Below are positions 9,096-17,961 of a stretch of DNA of 64,000 bases, piece after piece. The notes beneath the pieces were generated by a model, which saw nothing but the letters and a program-made list of their open reading frames with translations, was not told the origin of the DNA and did no database searches. The position numbers and the translations under genes are program-made. The DNA comes from an uncultured Chthonomonadaceae bacterium (GTDB taxonomy: Bacteria; Armatimonadota; Chthonomonadetes; Chthonomonadales; Chthonomonadaceae). Numbering within the stretch: the stretch's first letter is position 1; the number at the start of each line of letters is the position of its first letter. The stretch spans positions 928,001 through 992,000 of the forward strand of contig CAWFQB010000001.1 in assembly GCA_963817895.1 (NCBI GenBank), read 5' to 3'.

Positions 9096-9246
9096 TCTTG
9101 AACCATGATTTTCAGGATTAGCCCCCTGAACTCCGTTTGCCGTAGAGCATGGAAACAGGTGGCTCCCCTTCTCCCAGGCTTTTTTGGGAGAAGGGGCGGG
9201 GGGTTGAGGGCTAATCATTCTAATCATGTGAAATTATGGTTCAAGA
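9096..9246. repeat. Palindromic intergenic element (TCTTGAACCATGATTTTCAGGATTAG...CTAATC..TGGTTCAAGA) with a nested GC-rich hairpin
   Basis: Terminal inverted repeats; the inner CCCCTTCTCCC...GGGAGAAGGGGCGGGGGGTTGAGG resembles 39436-39486 and 49776-49825. Confidence 0.75.
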
Positions 9247-9254
9247 CAAAGCAG

Positions 9255-10376
9255 CTACCGTTGTGAGCGGCAGCGGCGCAGCAACCCCGCGCCCGTTGTC
9301 AGGCACAGCGCGGCGGCAAACGCGATGGTACCCGGTTCCGGCACGGCCTGAATGCTTCCGAAAAGCCCGTGCGACTCTCCGTTGGGACCGGCGGTAAAGA
9401 ACAGCGTGTTCGCGCTGCCCCCCGATGCGTTATTGCCTGGAGTCAGCGCCCACAGACCGTCAATCGCCAGTGGATTTCCCGTTTCGTCCAGCAACTGTCC
9501 GGCGAAGGTATCAGAGGCAAGATTGAAAGCGTTGATAGTTCCATCCCCGAAGTTGCCTACCAGCAGATCGCCGGCGAAACTTCCAAAAGAACTCGGCGCA
9601 ATCGCAAGTCCCCAGGGCGCGTCCAGCGTCCCGCCGCTCCCGACATGGCCCAGCAGGTTGCCGTTCAAATCGAAAACGTCCACGAAGCCATTCCCCGTCC
9701 CGTCTACTTCATCGTGCTTCATCCCATCCTGAAGCGCATACGTGACGTACAGTTTGCCGTCCAGATTTTGAATGTTGAACGGCGCGTACCCGGCAGGCAA
9801 CGTCGGGTCTTTGAAGGCGCTGGTAAATACAGGATTGCCGGCGCTATCCTGGAAGGCGTCAATGGTTCCCGCGCGGAAATTAGCGGCATAGAAGTTGGTA
9901 TTCCCGCCCGTCTGCGCAATGGCCGAGCCTTTATAAACGTTGTTAGCGGAGGCGGCCACAAAAGTTTCCGCCGCCGTACCCAACGCGCCGCGCCAGCCGG
10001 AAATCGTGCCGTCCTCGCTGACAAACAGGAAATTGTCGCCGTTGAAATGCGCGGCGGCGTTATTATTCACCTGTCCGGTCACGCTGCCATCGCCCGGAAC
10101 GGTGACAACCAGGCCAAGACGAGTCGGCACATTCGCGGCATTGACGCTGTATAAAGTGGAGGTTCCGGTGGCGTTGTTGGAAATCCAGAAAGGGCCGGTC
10201 GCGCCGTAGGAAATTCCCCATCCATTCTTCAAATTCGGGTCAGTGATTGTCGCCGGATTGGCGGATTGATCGTCGGTAACGAGATTGGTCGGGCGGAACA
10301 CCTGCGCCCGAAGCGCGGAGGGCAAAAGGCCAAGCGCGAGCATTGCAACGGCTGCCTGCTTCATCAATCGAGACAT
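9255..10376 (-). CDS. TIGR03118-family PEP-CTERM protein
   Basis: TNLVTD..DPNLKNGWG, YAPFNIQ, LLVGNFGDG, IDGLWAL; C-terminal VPEP + TM segment + basic tail. Confidence 0.9.
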   Translation of the reverse strand: MSRLMKQAAVAMLALGLLPSALRAQVFRPTNLVTDDQSANPATITDPNLKNGWGISYGATGPFWISNNATGTSTLYSVNAANVPTRLGLVVTVPGDGSVTGQVNNNAAAHFNGDNFLFVSEDGTISGWRGALGTAAETFVAASANNVYKGSAIAQTGGNTNFYAANFRAGTIDAFQDSAGNPVFTSAFKDPTLPAGYAPFNIQNLDGKLYVTYALQDGMKHDEVDGTGNGFVDVFDLNGNLLGHVGSGGTLDAPWGLAIAPSSFGSFAGDLLVGNFGDGTINAFNLASDTFAGQLLDETGNPLAIDGLWALTPGNNASGGSANTLFFTAGPNGESHGLFGSIQAVPEPGTIAFAAALCLTTGAGLLRRCRSQR

Positions 10377-10451
10377 AGTATTGTCCTTTCTCTCACGAGG
10401 GAGAGATACAAACAGAAGAGATATTATAAGGGCGTCACTGTCGCTCCGGCG

Positions 10452-10856
10452 TCAGCGACAGTGATCGTTGGGAAGGTACGGCGAACAGCCGTCCGGGGAT
10501 TTGGGCGCAGCCGGTGTCGCCCTGTTCGCGCAGGAGGCCCTGGGATTGGAAAACGCCACGTAGAGGATTGTCGCGGCCAGAATAATCAGCAGCGCGGAAA
10601 ATACCGCCAGCATCCGCGCGCCTAACGTTGCCCCGCGCGTTCCTGTCGGCTTCCAATTCCATACCGGCGCCCAGGGTCTTTGCGCCGGAGGGGCAAGAGC
10701 CGCCGACAGCGCCGAAGATACCTGCGCCATACGTTCGTAGCGTTCGCGGCAGGCCGCGCACTGCCGCAGATGCGCCTGGACGACAAGGCGACGCGGCAGG
10801 GAAAGCGCGCCATGCGCCAGTAACAACAGTTCCTGATCGCGCTCGTCACATGTCAT
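10452..10856 (-). CDS. Zinc-finger (zf-HC2) anti-sigma factor
   Basis: HxxxCxxC (HLRQCAACR) followed by a TM helix; ATG overlaps the sigma-gene TGA (ATGA). Confidence 0.8.
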   Translation of the reverse strand: MTCDERDQELLLLAHGALSLPRRLVVQAHLRQCAACRERYERMAQVSSALSAALAPPAQRPWAPVWNWKPTGTRGATLGARMLAVFSALLIILAATILYVAFSNPRASCANRATPAAPKSPDGCSPYLPNDHCR

Positions 10857-11499
10857 CGCGGATTGACCACCTTTCTGCTCCCATTCTGCTCTGCCGCGCT
10901 CGCTTCCCGCGCCAGTTCCTGTTCCATCAGCGCGTGGCCCCGGTAAAATTGGTACTTGACGGTGTTGAGATTGCGCTCCAACCCGGCGGCAATCTTCCGG
11001 CAGCGTGAGTTCGGCATAATAGTAGAGTTCGATCACTTCCCGCTGCTCTTCGGGCAGCAGCAGTCAGCAGGTCGCGAACGGTCTGTTTCCACTCCGCCGC
11101 AGAGTACCAGTCTTGGCGCGTGTCCGCGACAAATTCGGCCTGTTCTAAGGGCGCTTCCACGACGGAACGGCTGCGCGTCCGGTGAAAATCGGCGCATTTG
11201 CGCAGCGCGATGGCGAACAGCCAGGCTTTGAAACGCGCCCGACGCGAGTATCCGGGCAGCCCCGTCCATCCGGCTATCAGCGTCTCCTGTAAAACATCCT
11301 CTACCGCCACCGCCCCGACGCGACGCAACACAAAGCCCCGCAACAGCGGCGAATAGGTTTGCGCCAGGGCATCGAACGCGCTGCGATCCCCCTTTTGCGC
11401 CGCTTTCACCAGCCGATTCTCGGCATCGGCGGCGTTTGCGGGTTGATTAGCGTCAGCGGCGCGGATTGTGAAGAGCCGGAAACCATTCACGGCAAACAA
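10853..11499 (-). CDS. ECF RNA polymerase sigma factor (two apparent +1 frameshifts near 11058 and 10996)
   Basis: Region 2 (EDVLQET..FKAWLFAIA); region 4 pieces EQREVIELYYY and IAAGLERNLNTVKYQFYRG lie in shifted frames. Confidence 0.82.
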
Positions 11500-11676
11500 A
11501 CCTTTCGCGCAAGGGTCAGGTGTTGAACAAGGATGAAGGATGAAGGATGAAGGATGAATACATCTTTACTTTCTCCTCTTGCCATCTTTCACTGCAAGAA
11601 TGTTGCCTGTGATGTAAGCAGAGTCGTGGGAAGAGGGCGAAAAGTTGGGGCGAAAGGAAAAACTGAAGAAAAAACT

Positions 11677-12567
11677 TTAGTGGATGCTGAAGGTGGCGCG
11701 GATGCTGTCGGAACGGCTGCCCGTACCGGCGGCGTGGAACGCGCCCTCACACCCCGAGAGGGAAGGAGTGTTGTCCTGGAAACAGGTTTCCGCAGAAGCG
11801 TTCAGGCCCGAAGACACGGCCGCGCCGCGCAGCCAATGCGCGTGTCCGTCGCACAGCAGAAAATTGGAACCGCCCGCATGACGGCCCTCCGAAGCGGGGA
11901 ATTGCGTTGACTGTAAATTGAAAGGGAGCCGCCCGCCCAGGTAGCCCGTCGCGTACTTATTGTCAACACTGGTGAACCACTCCTTCTGGGCGTACAGGCG
12001 GTTATCCAAACCATTGGAGGACGCGGAGAAGTTTGTTCCGGCATTGCCGCCGACAACACTGCCCTCATCCCCCTCCCGCAGATTGACGGCGACATTGGAC
12101 ACTTCAAACAGCAGCACGGAACGGGAGGAAGCGGTCAGTTCCGATACCTGCGCGCCGGACGGGAACGGGTCGTCGAGAAACGCAAGCCCAACCAGATTGA
12201 TGTTATAAGCGTAGGAAACAACAGAATCGAGGGTTTTTGATGGCGTGGTCAGGTCGGTGGGACAGCGGTACAGAGCGGCATTGCGCGTATAGGAGGCGCA
12301 TTGACCGGCCCAGCCTTCACCGGGCCAGATGCGCGTAGCGCCGCTCACGTTAAGCCCGTTAGGAAAAGTTTCGTCATAGTCCTGCGCGTACTGCAACACC
12401 GCCAGGCCAAGCTGCCGCTGATTGGACAGGCACGACGCCTGCCGCGTTTTCTCGCGCGCCTGCGCAAAAACGGGAAAAAGGATGGCGGCCAGAAGCGCTA
12501 TGATGCAGATGACTATAAGCAATTCAATCAGGGTAAACCCACGCGATAAAGGGCTGGAAGCAGACAT
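11677..12567 (-). CDS. Prepilin-type N-terminal cleavage/methylation, DUF1559-like and H-X9-DG domain protein
   Basis: [40 protein letters not shown]. Confidence 0.92.
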   Translation of the reverse strand: MSASSPLSRGFTLIELLIVICIIALLAAILFPVFAQAREKTRQASCLSNQRQLGLAVLQYAQDYDETFPNGLNVSGATRIWPGEGWAGQCASYTRNAALYRCPTDLTTPSKTLDSVVSYAYNINLVGLAFLDDPFPSGAQVSELTASSRSVLLFEVSNVAVNLREGDEGSVVGGNAGTNFSASSNGLDNRLYAQKEWFTSVDNKYATGYLGGRLPFNLQSTQFPASEGRHAGGSNFLLCDGHAHWLRGAAVSSGLNASAETCFQDNTPSLSGCEGAFHAAGTGSRSDSIRATFSIH

Positions 12568-12688
12568 TACGGCACTGCCTTTCCAAAAACAAGGCTGTGT
12601 GAAATTGGGAAACGGGCGGTTCTATTATAAACCAATTCTACTACGAATGGAAGAATATTTCTCTCAATTCCCGGCTCACAAGAATTTT

Positions 12689-13843
12689 TCAAGCAAAATG
12701 ATCGGCGTGATCCCACGCGCTGCGCTGCCAGTTGTCGCCCTTACCGTCATCAGGCGGCAGCCAGGTGGGAAGCGCAAGCAGCAAACGTTCGGCAAGCGCG
12801 TACACAAACGGCTCGTATTCACTCCGCATTTTCCGCAGTCGCGCGTCTTCATCCCCGGACGCGCACAGGGTAATGTTATATTTGCGCAGCATGGCCTCGA
12901 TTTTGTTCAGGTCTTCCTGTGGCAGGCGATCATCCGGACAGAAAATTTGGGCGAACACTTCATAATCAGCGCAATGTCTACTATAGCGTGACGCGCCATC
13001 GCGAACGTGAGTTGCGCCTGCCACATCAGCGGCTTGTGCCAGTCGGCCTCTTTGTTGTCCGCGCTGTCCAGACAGACGCGAATCAGAGCGCATGTATCCA
13101 GCATGGTGATTAAACTCGACAGCCATGATTCACGGTCGTGCTGTGAGCGGTAAAAGGCCAGAACGGGATAGGACAGGGTGCTTTCCATCATATCCGCCGC
13201 CCAGTTTTCCCACTCGTGCAGTTGGTCAACGAGCATTGCCATGCAGCCCGCTTCCGCGTGTCGGCGCAGCATTTCAGACGGGGTTGGCGGCGAACCGGCG
13301 CGGGCATCCATGAGGGAAATACCCGCTTCGCGCCGTGAAAACGACTGGTAAATAATCGGCAAATATCCGATAACAACGGCGAGAAAGCCGAACCCTATAC
13401 CCGCCTCAAAAACGGCTATCGCGCGGCCAAAACTGCCGTCAGGAACCACATCGCCATACCCCAATGTGAAGAACGTGACGCCGCTGACGTACAAATCCGT
13501 TGTAAAGCCGGGTTTGGCGGAGGCCGAGATGATGTGCGATCCCATTCCCCACTGTATCAGCGCAAAAGCGAGTATCAGACACAACGCCCACACGACCAGC
13601 AGCAGCAGCAGCGACAGCGGCCCGAACGCGCTGAGAAGCCCCTCCCGTCGGCCACTGGCGCGAATCCGGTTAATCAGCAGTTGCCACACACTCCAGAAGC
13701 TGCGGAAAAACATTGTCGTAATGCGCCACTTGCGCGTTACCGTGCGCGGCAGCACAATCGTCTCGAACGTATCCCACAAAATCAGCACGAGCAACGCCAC
13801 GCCGAGCAGAACAGCGACCATACCCACCCCCATACACAAATAC
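12689..13843 (-). CDS. Potassium channel family protein (frameshift near 12940)
   Basis: TFFTLGYGD selectivity filter and TM helices; C-terminus (LRKMRSEYEPFV) continues in another frame; start uncertain. Confidence 0.82.
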
Positions 13844-13846
13844 ATC

Positions 13847-14001
13847 TTCACCACAGAGGCACAGAGACACAGAGGTTTCACAGAGAAATACGAGAATGAG
13901 GAGAGAGGAACCGTGCAAAATACAACTCAAACAAAAAATCAAACCTGTCTCTTATTCTTCTCTATTCCCTCTCTGTGACCCCTCTGTGTCTCTGTGGTGA
14001 A
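13847..14001. repeat. Miniature palindromic element with CACAGAGA/G octamer arms
   Basis: TTCACCACAGAGGCACAGAG...CTCTGTGTCTCTGTGGTGAA; sibling at 30314-30497. Confidence 0.85.
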
Positions 14002-14011
14002 AGTTCTGGAA

Positions 14012-15469
14012 TTAGCCTTGTCGTAACCGCCACCAGTTTTGCAGCAGAAGCCGCGCGGCCTCTTTGTCGCCCTCCGCCAATCGGCCTTCGATGACTTCAT
14101 CGGTCAGAAACGCTTTGGCGTCGCGCAAATGCGGGCCGGGCGGCAGGCCAAGCGTCTGCATGATTTCGTTGCCATCGAGCGGGCTGTCTATCAGAAGTAC
14201 GTTCGACACGGCGTTGAGTGCGTCAATGCGGGCTTGAAGGGCGTTCAGGTCAACGGCTTTGTCGGCGGGAATGTTGACGGCGGACTGGTCGCAGCGGGTG
14301 AGAATGAACAGGTCGTTCAGGTACAGGCCACAATCGCGTATCAGGCGTTTGACATCGGCGTCTGTCCAGTCAGGGCGGTAGATCCCTAGGCGCGTCTGTT
14401 TGGTAATCAGGGTTGTCACATCACGGATTTCGTCACTGGAAAATTTGAGGTGGTTCATCAGTTGACGGGCAAGGTCGGCTCCGATTTGCGGATATCTGGG
14501 AAAGTGAATACCTTTGGCTTCGTTTGTTTTGGTTTGAGTTTGCGGCTTGCCCAGATCGTGCCAGAGCAGGCCGAGTCGCGTTTCCAGACGGGCGGTATCA
14601 GGCAGATGTTCCAGCGCGGTCAGGGTATGCGTCCACACGTCATGCGGATGCCAATCCCCCTGTTTGCAGCCGATCATGGGCAGCATGGGGGCGAGAAACT
14701 TTTCCAGCAGGCCGGACGTTTGCAGCAGTTCCATGCCGCGCCGAAATTTTGTTCCGGGCAGCTTGGCGATTTTTACGAACTCTTCGCGGATGCGCTCATG
14801 GGCAATCTGCGGCGGGCGCAGGCGTTCGGATTCCTCGCAAATGGCCTGCCACGTTTCGGCTTCAATCTCAAAATCGAAGCGGGCGGCGAAACGGACGGCG
14901 CGTAACATTCGCAACGGATCATCGAAAAACGTGACGCGGGGTTCGAGGGGAGTGCGCAGTACGCCCGCCTGTAAATCCTGCATGGCGCGTCCGGTCAGGT
15001 CGAGCGTTTCGCCCGTGTGCAGGTTTTGCAGCAGGGTATTGATGGTGAAATCGCGGCGGAATACGTCATCGCGCAAAGTTCCCTGCCGCACGTCGGGCTT
15101 GCGCGAGTCGAACTGATAGCTTTCCGCCCGGGCGGACACCAGTTCTACAGCGGTTTCGGGCGCGTCCGGGCGGCTGTTGGCGGCAACAGAGATCATGGCC
15201 GTGCCGAAACGGGGATAGGTGACGGGGAAATGCCGGGAGAGTTTTTTGTCGTGCAGAAAACGGGCAAGGGCAATCGCGTCCCCCTCCAAAACCAGATCAA
15301 GATCGTTGGCAAGCGGCAGCCCAAGCGCGCGATCCCGCAGCAGTCCGCCCACAAGGTACAGTTTGCCTTCATAGACGCTGTGGCGCGTCGCGTCGCGCAA
15401 GCGTTCCAGCGTTTGCCGCGCCGTATTTTCGGCCTCGTATTCAGGTTCGGGAAGCGGGTTATCAGCCAT
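14012..15469 (-). CDS. cca: CCA-adding tRNA nucleotidyltransferase with HD domain
   Basis: LVGGLLRD, DLDLV, RRDFTIN, DDPLRMLRAVRF, WHDLGKP. Confidence 0.9.
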   Translation of the reverse strand: MADNPLPEPEYEAENTARQTLERLRDATRHSVYEGKLYLVGGLLRDRALGLPLANDLDLVLEGDAIALARFLHDKKLSRHFPVTYPRFGTAMISVAANSRPDAPETAVELVSARAESYQFDSRKPDVRQGTLRDDVFRRDFTINTLLQNLHTGETLDLTGRAMQDLQAGVLRTPLEPRVTFFDDPLRMLRAVRFAARFDFEIEAETWQAICEESERLRPPQIAHERIREEFVKIAKLPGTKFRRGMELLQTSGLLEKFLAPMLPMIGCKQGDWHPHDVWTHTLTALEHLPDTARLETRLGLLWHDLGKPQTQTKTNEAKGIHFPRYPQIGADLARQLMNHLKFSSDEIRDVTTLITKQTRLGIYRPDWTDADVKRLIRDCGLYLNDLFILTRCDQSAVNIPADKAVDLNALQARIDALNAVSNVLLIDSPLDGNEIMQTLGLPPGPHLRDAKAFLTDEVIEGRLAEGDKEAARLLLQNWWRLRQG

Positions 15470-15578
15470 GCCGTCAGTATACGGCACAAAGGCATTTAGT
15501 TCAAGACAGCGCGAAACATTTTCACCGCCCGCGCGTAACACAAACATCAACACGATTGCATCCGGGGAGGCACACATT

Positions 15579-16568
15579 ATGCCGATTTCGCGACGCCGAT
15601 TTCTGGAACAGACCGCTGCGGCAACGGGTGGATTGTCGCTCATAAACAATATGGCTTCCGCCGATGAGAAGCCAAAAATCGGTTCGGACGTTGCGCCGGG
15701 CACGTTGCCCACGCGCATATTGGGCCGGACAAAAGAAAAAGTGTCGCTGCTCGGCATTGGAGTCGCGCCGCTTGGGGACGCTTCCACCACATTCGCGCAG
15801 GCCGAGGGCGTTGTTCATGCCGCGCTGGATATGGGCATAAACTATGTGGACGTGTCGCCAGATTACGGCAACGCGGAAGACAAATTGAAAAATGTGCTGC
15901 AAACCCGGCGCGATAAGCTGTTTCTGGTAACAAAGGTGAACCCGCAGAAGCAGGACAGGCAGGGCGTACAGGAGCAGATTGAGGCCAGCCTGAAGCGTAT
16001 GGGAACCGACCATATAGACGCGGTTCATATTCACAATCTCGGCGAATTCGATATGGAAAAACTGTTCATGCCGGACGGGGCCATTGCCGGATTGAAAGCG
16101 GCGCGGGACAGGGGGTTGATCCGATTTTTGGGAACCAGCGGACACATGCGCCCGCCCCGCTTTGTGCAGGCGATTGAAACGGGCGATATTGACCTGACGA
16201 TGAACGCGCTCAACTTCGCGGATCGGCACACATACGATTTCGAGGGACTGGTGCTGTCCGCCGCGCAGAAAGCCGGCACGGCGGTTGTAGCGATGAAGGT
16301 ATTGGGCGGCGCAATCGGCTGGAAGTACGACGCCAAAACCCCCGCCACCCTTGCCGCATATCACGAGCAGGCCATTCGTTATGCGCTGGGCTTGAAGGGC
16401 GTGTGCTGCGCCGTGATCGGTTTCAGCAATACCGATGAGGTGCGGCAGGCCGTAGAAGTGGCCCGCCACTACAAGCCGCTGACGAATACAGAGCGCGTCG
16501 CCCTGCTGGACAAAGGTAAAGAACTGGCGCAGGCGCGCGGCCTGTACTACGGCCCGCTTACAGGGTAG
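15579..16568 (+). CDS. Aldo/keto reductase with Tat-like signal
   Basis: SRRRFL twin-arginine motif; GINYVDVSPDYG, FLVTK, AMKVLGG; GGAGG SD. Confidence 0.88.
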   Translation: MPISRRRFLEQTAAATGGLSLINNMASADEKPKIGSDVAPGTLPTRILGRTKEKVSLLGIGVAPLGDASTTFAQAEGVVHAALDMGINYVDVSPDYGNAEDKLKNVLQTRRDKLFLVTKVNPQKQDRQGVQEQIEASLKRMGTDHIDAVHIHNLGEFDMEKLFMPDGAIAGLKAARDRGLIRFLGTSGHMRPPRFVQAIETGDIDLTMNALNFADRHTYDFEGLVLSAAQKAGTAVVAMKVLGGAIGWKYDAKTPATLAAYHEQAIRYALGLKGVCCAVIGFSNTDEVRQAVEVARHYKPLTNTERVALLDKGKELAQARGLYYGPLTG

Positions 16569-16645
16569 TTTACAACTCTGCCGTCACTGCGCGAGTAAGA
16601 AAGCCTAAAGCAGACTGTAGCGAAGGTTTCCGTCATGGTTCTGCA

Positions 16646-17068
16646 TTAAACCGACCAATCTTCTACTTTCAGGCCAGGTACTTTGTTGAAATCTGACAGG
16701 TTGCGCGAAAGAAGCGTAGCGTCGTTGGCAAGGGCAATCGCGGCAATTTTCAAGTCCATTGTGCCGATACGAACTTTGGCTTGTTTGAGACGCTCGAACT
16801 CAGCGGCGGCTTTCTCATCGTACTGCACAACAGTAACGCGGCAGTAGATGTCAAGGTGACGCTTCAGAAAAGTGTAAGCGCGTACTCGCTCCGCTTCGGT
16901 CTGCAGCCGCGCAATATAGGCGAACCAGCCGCGAGTTTGTTCCTCATGACTGATGATGGTTGTGCCAAGATCGTCCAGAGGAATTCTCGCCAGCCGCGCT
17001 TTCAGAACTTTCGTGTCCGGCCCTTCGCGCTCCAGAACCGTCATCGGTTCCGTGTCAAGCAGAACCAT
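16646..17068 (-). CDS. vapC: VapC-family PIN toxin
   Basis: LLDT.., EE, MDLKIAAIAL, SRNLSDF, GLKVEDW. Confidence 0.88.
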   Translation of the reverse strand: MVLLDTEPMTVLEREGPDTKVLKARLARIPLDDLGTTIISHEEQTRGWFAYIARLQTEAERVRAYTFLKRHLDIYCRVTVVQYDEKAAAEFERLKQAKVRIGTMDLKIAAIALANDATLLSRNLSDFNKVPGLKVEDWSV

Positions 17069-17300
17069 GCGCTTCCTCCGATGTTGCAGCCTCGTCTGTG
17101 TCGTAGTCCATACGCTGCGATTCGCGCCATTCCCGGCCCAAGCGCACAGCCTCCTCAAACTCCGGGCTGTCCTTAAACACACCGGAAATTTGTTCCCACC
17201 AGGGTTGCTGAACAGGCGTAATATCGGCGCGTTCCCGCTTCAACGCTTCCACTTCCGCTTCCAGCCGTGCCAGTCGTTCTTCTACCTCAAATGTTGTCAA
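17055..17300 (-). CDS. Putative antitoxin upstream of vapC
   Basis: EERLARLEAEVEALK..PWWEQISGVFKDSPEFEEAVRLGREWR; overlaps the vapC start. Confidence 0.75.
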   Translation of the reverse strand: MTTFEVEERLARLEAEVEALKRERADITPVQQPWWEQISGVFKDSPEFEEAVRLGREWRESQRMDYDTDEAATSEEAHGSA

Positions 17301-17384
17301 GGCTTTTCTCCTCTCCTGTTCAAGCTTATTTTACCACGCGCCTGCCTGTAACACTCCAATTGTAACCAGGCAGTCAGGACTGGC

Positions 17385-17740
17385 GCATCTAAACGGAAAA
17401 AGAAGGAGAATATGTAGAGACAGCGTCGAAATAGTGGCAATGCAGCGCTTCCAGCCCAGTGTCTCGTTGTGTCAAGTTTTTCAGAAGAGGCATCGTGACC
17501 TCGTAAGTGTTAGGGCGAACGAGAAGTATGTACAGGCATCTTCTTGCACCTCCCTTCCAGGTTAGATTGTTGAGAGGAATTTTGAACTTTCAACTTCCCG
17601 CCGCCTGGCTAGTTAGCAGAATCTATAAAGTAGACGTGCGTTGCATATAGAGACGAGGTTAGTTCAGAAAGAGTTCATCCGTTTTGCTATTTAACTAGAT
17701 TTTTTTCTACATTTCTTGTTCATTGGAGGTACATCCTTAT
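17385..17740 (-). repeat. Dispersed non-coding element, copy 2
   Basis: Core at 17411-17475, ORF at 17510-17539, promoter motif at 17650-17676. Confidence 0.9.
17510..17539 (-). CDS. Putative 9-aa micro-peptide MPVHTSRSP
   Basis: Same SD and frame as copy 1; stop is TAA instead of TGA. Confidence 0.55.
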   Translation of the reverse strand: MPVHTSRSP

Positions 17741-17909
17741 AGCGCATCTTGTCGGCAAGTACAGCGACGAGCCACAATGAGACAACATTTGCAGGCCATA
17801 GAGGAGGTGCGCCGCCAGATGAACGCGCAGGAAGAAACGACGGAATAGGCTGGAAGACGTTAGAGAACACAATGCGCCGCCGAGTCCTATTCAGGTTCTC
17901 GGCGGCGCA

Positions 17910-17961
17910 TAAGGAACTGGCGCAGGCGCGCAGACTGTGCTATGGCCCTCTAAAAGGTTAA
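17910..17961 (+). repeat. Diverged duplicate of the last 52 nt of the aldo/keto reductase gene (att-like)
   Basis: 42/52 identity to 16517-16568, with an identical 18-nt core GAACTGGCGCAGGCGCGC; encodes KELAQARRLCYGPLKG versus KELAQARGLYYGPLTG. Confidence 0.8.

Noticed and set aside
17468..17481. Element core TGTGTCAAGTTTT resembles the IS3 right IR (TGTGTCAAGGATTTTGAGACA)
   Set aside because: Only 9 nt match, the TGAGACA part is missing at the expected spacing, and the match is internal to the element; treated as coincidence around TTGACA.
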